From Caulobacter sp. (GTDB taxonomy: Bacteria > Pseudomonadota > Alphaproteobacteria > Caulobacterales > Caulobacteraceae), in NCBI GenBank assembly GCA_030683005.1, contig JAUXMY010000018.1:5090-69089 (forward strand): a stretch of DNA of 64,000 bases, given 5' to 3'. A model generated the notes under the pieces. The model was given only the letters and a program-made list of their open reading frames with translations, was not told the origin of the DNA and did not search any database. The position numbers and the translations under genes were made by a program. This document shows positions 57,495-64,000 of this stretch, in pieces. The number at the start of each line of letters is the position of its first letter. The first letter of the stretch is position 1.

Positions 57495-57502
57495 TCGCGT
57501 CG

Positions 57503-58291
57503 CTATCGCGCCGTCATCCCCCCGTCGATGACCAGCTCCGCCCCGGTCATGTAGCGGGACTCGTCCGACGCCAGGAACAGCACGCCCTGGGCGATGTCGA
57601 CGGGCCAGCCCTTGTGGCCCAGCGGGGTGGCGACGGCGGTCATGTCGTCCAGGTTCATCGTCCGCTGCGGACCGGCGTTGCCGCCGTCGGCGACGGTGCT
57701 GGAGATGGTGTCCCAGATCGGGGTCTCGATGATGCCAGGGTGGATGGAGTTCACCCGCACCCCGTCGCGGGCCGTGGCGCACTCCATGGCGGCGGCCTTG
57801 GTGAACAGCCGCACCGCGCCCTTGGTGGCGCAGTAGGCGGTCATGTTGGCCGCGCCGGTCAGGCCGGCGATCGAGGAGACGTTGATGATGCTGCCGCCGC
57901 CGCCCTGGCGCATCAGCGGCAGGCTGTGCTTCACGCCCAGGAAGACGCCCTCGACGTTGATGGCCTGCTGCCGGCGCCAGTCGGCGAGGCTGAACTCGGT
58001 GACCGGCCCGCCGATGCCGATGCCGGCGTTGTTGACCAGGATGTCCAGCCGGCCGAACGCGGCGCGGACCTGCTCGACCACGGCGATCCAGGCGTCCTCG
58101 CTGGTCACGTCATGCGGGATGTAGATGGCGTTCGCCCCGATGGCGGCGGCGACCTCGCGGCCCTTGTCGTCCTGGATATCCGTCAGGGCGACCTTGGCCC
58201 CCTCAGCCGCCAGCAGCTCGGCGCAGCCGCGCCCGATGCCGCTCGCCGCCCCTGTGACCAGGGCGACCTTGCCCGCTACGCGTCCCGTCAT
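57503..58291 (-). CDS. SDR-family oxidoreductase
   Basis: The start is set at MTGRVAGKVALVTGAASGIGRG. The catalytic motif is YCATKGAVRL. Confidence 0.88.
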   Translation of the reverse strand: MTGRVAGKVALVTGAASGIGRGCAELLAAEGAKVALTDIQDDKGREVAAAIGANAIYIPHDVTSEDAWIAVVEQVRAAFGRLDILVNNAGIGIGGPVTEFSLADWRRQQAINVEGVFLGVKHSLPLMRQGGGGSIINVSSIAGLTGAANMTAYCATKGAVRLFTKAAAMECATARDGVRVNSIHPGIIETPIWDTISSTVADGGNAGPQRTMNLDDMTAVATPLGHKGWPVDIAQGVLFLASDESRYMTGAELVIDGGMTAR

Positions 58292-58313
58292 GCCGCCTCT
58301 CCCGTGGCTTTTT

Positions 58314-58328
58314 GTTATCGGCGATAAC
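58314..58328. promoter_or_regulatory. 15-nt palindrome GTTATCG-G-CGATAAC upstream of the SDR gene
   Basis: Read directly. It lies 23-37 nt upstream of the ATG at 58291. Any function is inferred only. Confidence 0.25.
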
Positions 58329-58350
58329 TCTGGAGGGGGAGGGCGCCGTG

Positions 58351-58383
58351 CGTCAATCCTCTCCCTGCGGGAGAGGATTGACG
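58351..58383 (-). terminator. 15-bp-stem hairpin immediately after the GST stop (no U tract)
   Basis: CGTCAATCCTCTCCC-TGC-GGGAGAGGATTGACG. It may act as a terminator or as a REP-like RNA-stabilising hairpin. Confidence 0.35.
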
Positions 58384-59049
58384 TCACGCATAGGCGTACG
58401 GCCCGCCCTTGGCGAGCGCCGCCTGGTAGGCCGGCCGCGCGTGGATCGCCTGCAGGAACGCGGCCAGCCGCGGACGCCCCTCCAGCGCCCCGGCGCGATC
58501 GGCGGCGGCCTCGATCGGGAAGCTCATCATGACGTCGGCGGCGCTGAACGCCTCACCCGCGAACCAGGCGGACCTGCCCAGCTCCGCTTCCCAATGGTCG
58601 AAGTGGCTCGTCAGCTGCGGATCGACAAAGCCCTTCAGGGCGGAGTTGGAGACCGCCTTGACCAGACCGCGGATCAGGCCCGGCGCGCGCTGGGGCAGGG
58701 CGGTGAAAACCAGCTTCATCAGCAGCGGCGGCATGGCCGAACCCTCGGCGTAGTGCATCCAGTAGGTCCAGCGCAGCCGCTCTTCCGTGCCCGCCGCCGG
58801 GCGCAGGCGACCGCCGGCGTAGGCCTCGCAGATCGTCTCGACGATAGCCCCGGTCTCGGCCAGCGTCGCCGCGCCGTCGGTGATCACCGGCGACTTGCCC
58901 AGCGGATGGACGGCCTTCAGCTCGGGCGGCGCGAGCATGGTCTTGCCGTCCCGCTCGTACCGCCTGATCTCGTAGGGCAGCCCCAGCTCCTCCAGCAGCC
59001 AGAGCACGCGCTGCGAGCGGGAATTGTTGAGATGGTGGACGGTCAGCAT
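58384..59049 (-). CDS. glutathione S-transferase
   Basis: 221 aa with the N-terminal thioredoxin-like block LNNSRSQRVLWLLEELGLPYE...HPLGKSPVI. Confidence 0.88.
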   Translation of the reverse strand: MLTVHHLNNSRSQRVLWLLEELGLPYEIRRYERDGKTMLAPPELKAVHPLGKSPVITDGAATLAETGAIVETICEAYAGGRLRPAAGTEERLRWTYWMHYAEGSAMPPLLMKLVFTALPQRAPGLIRGLVKAVSNSALKGFVDPQLTSHFDHWEAELGRSAWFAGEAFSAADVMMSFPIEAAADRAGALEGRPRLAAFLQAIHARPAYQAALAKGGPYAYA

Positions 59050-59111
59050 GGGCGGGCTCCGGGTACCCTTCGGAAGCTAGCGCCCGACCTCCCGAAGTCC
59101 ACCCGCGCGGG

Positions 59112-60734
59112 TCAGCCCGTCGCCAGCGCCTGAAGCCGGTCGCGAGCGCGCAGCACCTCGGGCCGCTCGTCGCCCCCGTCGATGCGGAAGCGGCCGACCA
59201 TCCGGGCCAGCTCCGAGGCCTCGTTCTTGAGGGCCAGGGTGGCGGCGGTGGATTCCTCGACCATGGCGGCGTTCTGCTGCACCACCTGGTCCATCTCGTT
59301 GACGGCGGAGTTGACCTCCGCCAGGCCCTGGGCCTGCTCCTGGGCCGAGGAGGCGATCTCGGCGACCAGTTGGTCGATGCGGACCACCTGCTGGACGATG
59401 CTGCTCAGCGCCGTTCCGGTGCGGCCGACCAGATCGACGCCCTGGCCGACGTTGGTGGCCGAGGCGGCGATCAGGGCCTTGATCTCCTTGGCCGCCTCCG
59501 CCGAGCGCTGGGCGAGCGCCCGCACTTCCTGGGCGACGACCGCGAAGCCCTTGCCGGCGTCGCCGGCCCGGGCCGCTTCGACCCCGGCGTTCAGGGCCAG
59601 CAGGTTGGTCTGGAAGGCGATCTCGTCGATCACTCCGATGATCTGGCCGATCTCGCCGGCCGAGGTCTCGATGGCGCTCATGGCGCGTACGGCGTCCTGG
59701 ACCACGGCGCCCGAGGTCTCGGCCTGTGAGCGCGTCTGGATCACCACCTCGCTGGCCTCGCGGGCCACGCCGGCGGTCTTGCGAACCGTGGCGGTGATCT
59801 CGTCGAGGGCGGCGGCGGTTTCCTCCAGGCTGGCGGCCTGGTGTTCGGTGCGGCGCGACAGGTTGCTGGCCGCGTGGCTGATTTCGTCGGCGCCGTTGTC
59901 GATGCCGTCGGTCGTGGTCGAGATGGTCGCCATGGCGTCGCGCAGGCGGCTGACGGCGCTGTTGAAGTCGACGCGCAGCTTGGCGTAGCGGCCGGTGAAC
60001 GCCTCCTCGATGCGGGACGTAAGGTCGCCGGCGGCCAGGCGTTCCAGCGCCGTGGCCAGGCTGTCGACGACGCGGGCCTGCTCGGCCTCGACGGCGCGGC
60101 GCTCCTCGTCGTGGGCCTGGCGGGTCTCGATCTGGGCCCGGTGGCCCTCCTCGACCGAGCGGGTGGCGGCCTCGGCTTCGGCCAGCGCCTTCTGCGTCGC
60201 GGCGTTGCGGCTGTCGAGGGTGCGGAACATGCGGTCCAGGTTGACGGCGATGCCGATCAGCACCCCGGCCTCCAGAACCAGGATGACGGCATGGACGATG
60301 ACCCGGCCAAGGCTCGCGGCGCCCGGGAACACCGCCGCCGGCAGGACGTAGCTGAGCAGCAGGTGGTGAACGGCCACCGTCGCCGCGGCGGCCACGATCG
60401 CCTTCCAGTCGCAGTAGACGGCCAGCAGGGCGAGGGCGGCGAAGTAGGCCATGTGCATGTCGATCTGCCAGGGGTGTCCGGCGAGGGCCGCCACCAGGAT
60501 CGACACCTGGGCCATCAGCATCATGGCCACGGCGATGCGCAGCTGCGGGCCCTGGGGCAGGATCCGCCAGGCCAGGGTCGCGCCCCCGGCCAGGACGGCC
60601 GCGCCGCCCCCTATCGCCGGCCAGTTTCCGCCGACGAAGAGGCTGGCCAGGGCGGCGACGACCGCGAAGGCCCACAGGGCGCCGACCAGCAGGCTGGTGC
60701 CGGTCTTGCGTTGTTGTTCTAGATCCAGGAACAC
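59112..60734 (-). CDS. methyl-accepting chemotaxis protein with a polytopic (about six-helix) N-terminal membrane module
   Basis: The signalling hairpin is [41 protein letters not shown]. The start is set at GTG 60734, with GGAGG 7 nt upstream. The upstream ORF extension is Arg/Pro-rich. Confidence 0.88.
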   Translation of the reverse strand: MFLDLEQQRKTGTSLLVGALWAFAVVAALASLFVGGNWPAIGGGAAVLAGGATLAWRILPQGPQLRIAVAMMLMAQVSILVAALAGHPWQIDMHMAYFAALALLAVYCDWKAIVAAAATVAVHHLLLSYVLPAAVFPGAASLGRVIVHAVILVLEAGVLIGIAVNLDRMFRTLDSRNAATQKALAEAEAATRSVEEGHRAQIETRQAHDEERRAVEAEQARVVDSLATALERLAAGDLTSRIEEAFTGRYAKLRVDFNSAVSRLRDAMATISTTTDGIDNGADEISHAASNLSRRTEHQAASLEETAAALDEITATVRKTAGVAREASEVVIQTRSQAETSGAVVQDAVRAMSAIETSAGEIGQIIGVIDEIAFQTNLLALNAGVEAARAGDAGKGFAVVAQEVRALAQRSAEAAKEIKALIAASATNVGQGVDLVGRTGTALSSIVQQVVRIDQLVAEIASSAQEQAQGLAEVNSAVNEMDQVVQQNAAMVEESTAATLALKNEASELARMVGRFRIDGGDERPEVLRARDRLQALATG

Positions 60735-60736
60735 GA

Positions 60737-61045
60737 TCAGGCCTCCAGGGCTCGGGGGTCGGCGCAAAGGCGGGCGGCGTCGCCGCCAAGAACCAGCAGG
60801 GCGCCGGACCGGCGCAGCCGCGCGGCGAGCCCGCCCGGGTCGCCGTGAATGACGAGGACGTTGCGGACGCCGCCGGCGGCGGCGATGTCGCCGGCGGTGG
60901 CCGCCGCGCCGGCGATCCGCGCGTCCGACCACCAGGGGGGATAGACAGCCGCCAGCAGGCGCTCGTCCGGACGTGGTCCGGCGCCGAGCGCAACAACGAC
61001 AGTTGTACTCAAAACGAGTAACAGTATCGGCATGATGAACCGCAT
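60737..61045 (-). CDS. hypothetical small secreted protein, translationally coupled to the MCP gene
   Basis: [22 protein letters not shown] is a signal-like N-terminus. The stop TGA lies 2 nt before the MCP GTG, and the MCP SD lies inside this gene's last codons. Confidence 0.5.
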   Translation of the reverse strand: MRFIMPILLLVLSTTVVVALGAGPRPDERLLAAVYPPWWSDARIAGAAATAGDIAAAGGVRNVLVIHGDPGGLAARLRRSGALLVLGGDAARLCADPRALEA

Positions 61046-61226
61046 GGGTCCTTCATGCCGTTTCAACACTTAAACGAATGATAAACCACGCTGTTTTCGG
61101 ACGGGTCAGTATGTCGCGCCCGTCTGCGCCCCGCAGCGAGGTCTCGCAGCGGCGCAAGCCTGACTCGGGGGGCGGCGGAGCCGATCGCCCGAGCCTGCGA
61201 CAAGTTTGCACCCGGGCCGTCGGATC

Positions 61227-61257
61227 GGGGACAGGCCGCGCAGCGGACCCTGTCCCC
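61227..61257 (-). terminator. hairpin GGGGACAGG-13 nt-CCTGTCCCC just downstream of carB (no U tract)
   Basis: A 9-bp perfect stem read directly, 8 nt after the carB stop. Confidence 0.4.
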
Positions 61258-61264
61258 CTGATCG

Positions 61265-64000
<2,736 letters not shown>

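Noticed and set aside
55245-61069. The idea that the block between greA and carB (membrane protein, EamA, GNAT, SDR, GST, MCP) is an insertion into a conserved carB-greA pair.
   Set aside because: My recollection that carB and greA are adjacent in many Alphaproteobacteria cannot be verified here. The block has no mobility genes, no flanking direct repeats and no obvious compositional difference.

Overview
Very GC-rich chromosomal segment. The gene content looks alphaproteobacterial and Caulobacter/Phenylobacterium-like, but that is inferred only from protein families read by eye; nothing was searched or computed.

About 60 protein genes can be supported, nearly all core or ordinary accessory functions:
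- zwf (3' end)-pgl-edd, then a TonB-dependent receptor
- a double-TetR regulator with an acyl-CoA ligase, and a PAS hybrid histidine kinase
- a serine hydrolase, a GPH-type transporter, and uvrB with a parDE module at its 3' end
- trxC, then an Ada-AraC-AlkA fusion with ogt
- two tandem secreted helical-repeat paralogs, and two SleB-type hydrolases
- a CelD-like/GT2/cupin operon
- a thiolase/SDR/MaoC operon, a GlxA/DJ-1 pair, and nadABC
- dps, trxB, and pseI/pseG-like genes
- an ELM1-family gene, greA, an MCP, and most of carB

I saw no rRNA, tRNA, CRISPR array, transposase or integrase. I also found no multi-gene system with recognisable novel enzymatic or defence machinery.

The observations most worth follow-up are:
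1. A parDE cassette lies between the live 3' end of uvrB and a decayed second copy of that same 3' end.
2. A G7 tract puts the canonical ATG/SD start of the TonB-dependent receptor one base out of frame.
3. An uncharacterised envelope cluster holds two tandem secreted paralogs that share a C-terminal tail.
4. A CelD-like/GT2/JmjC-like cupin operon.
5. At least four families of structured palindromic intergenic repeats. In one the core is inverted relative to its arms between copies, and in another the stems co-vary.
6. Two copies of a 21-bp motif lie upstream of nadA.
7. A DUF433 gene is broken by a single-base insertion.

Start codons were refined by eye from the ORF track and are less certain than the gene calls.
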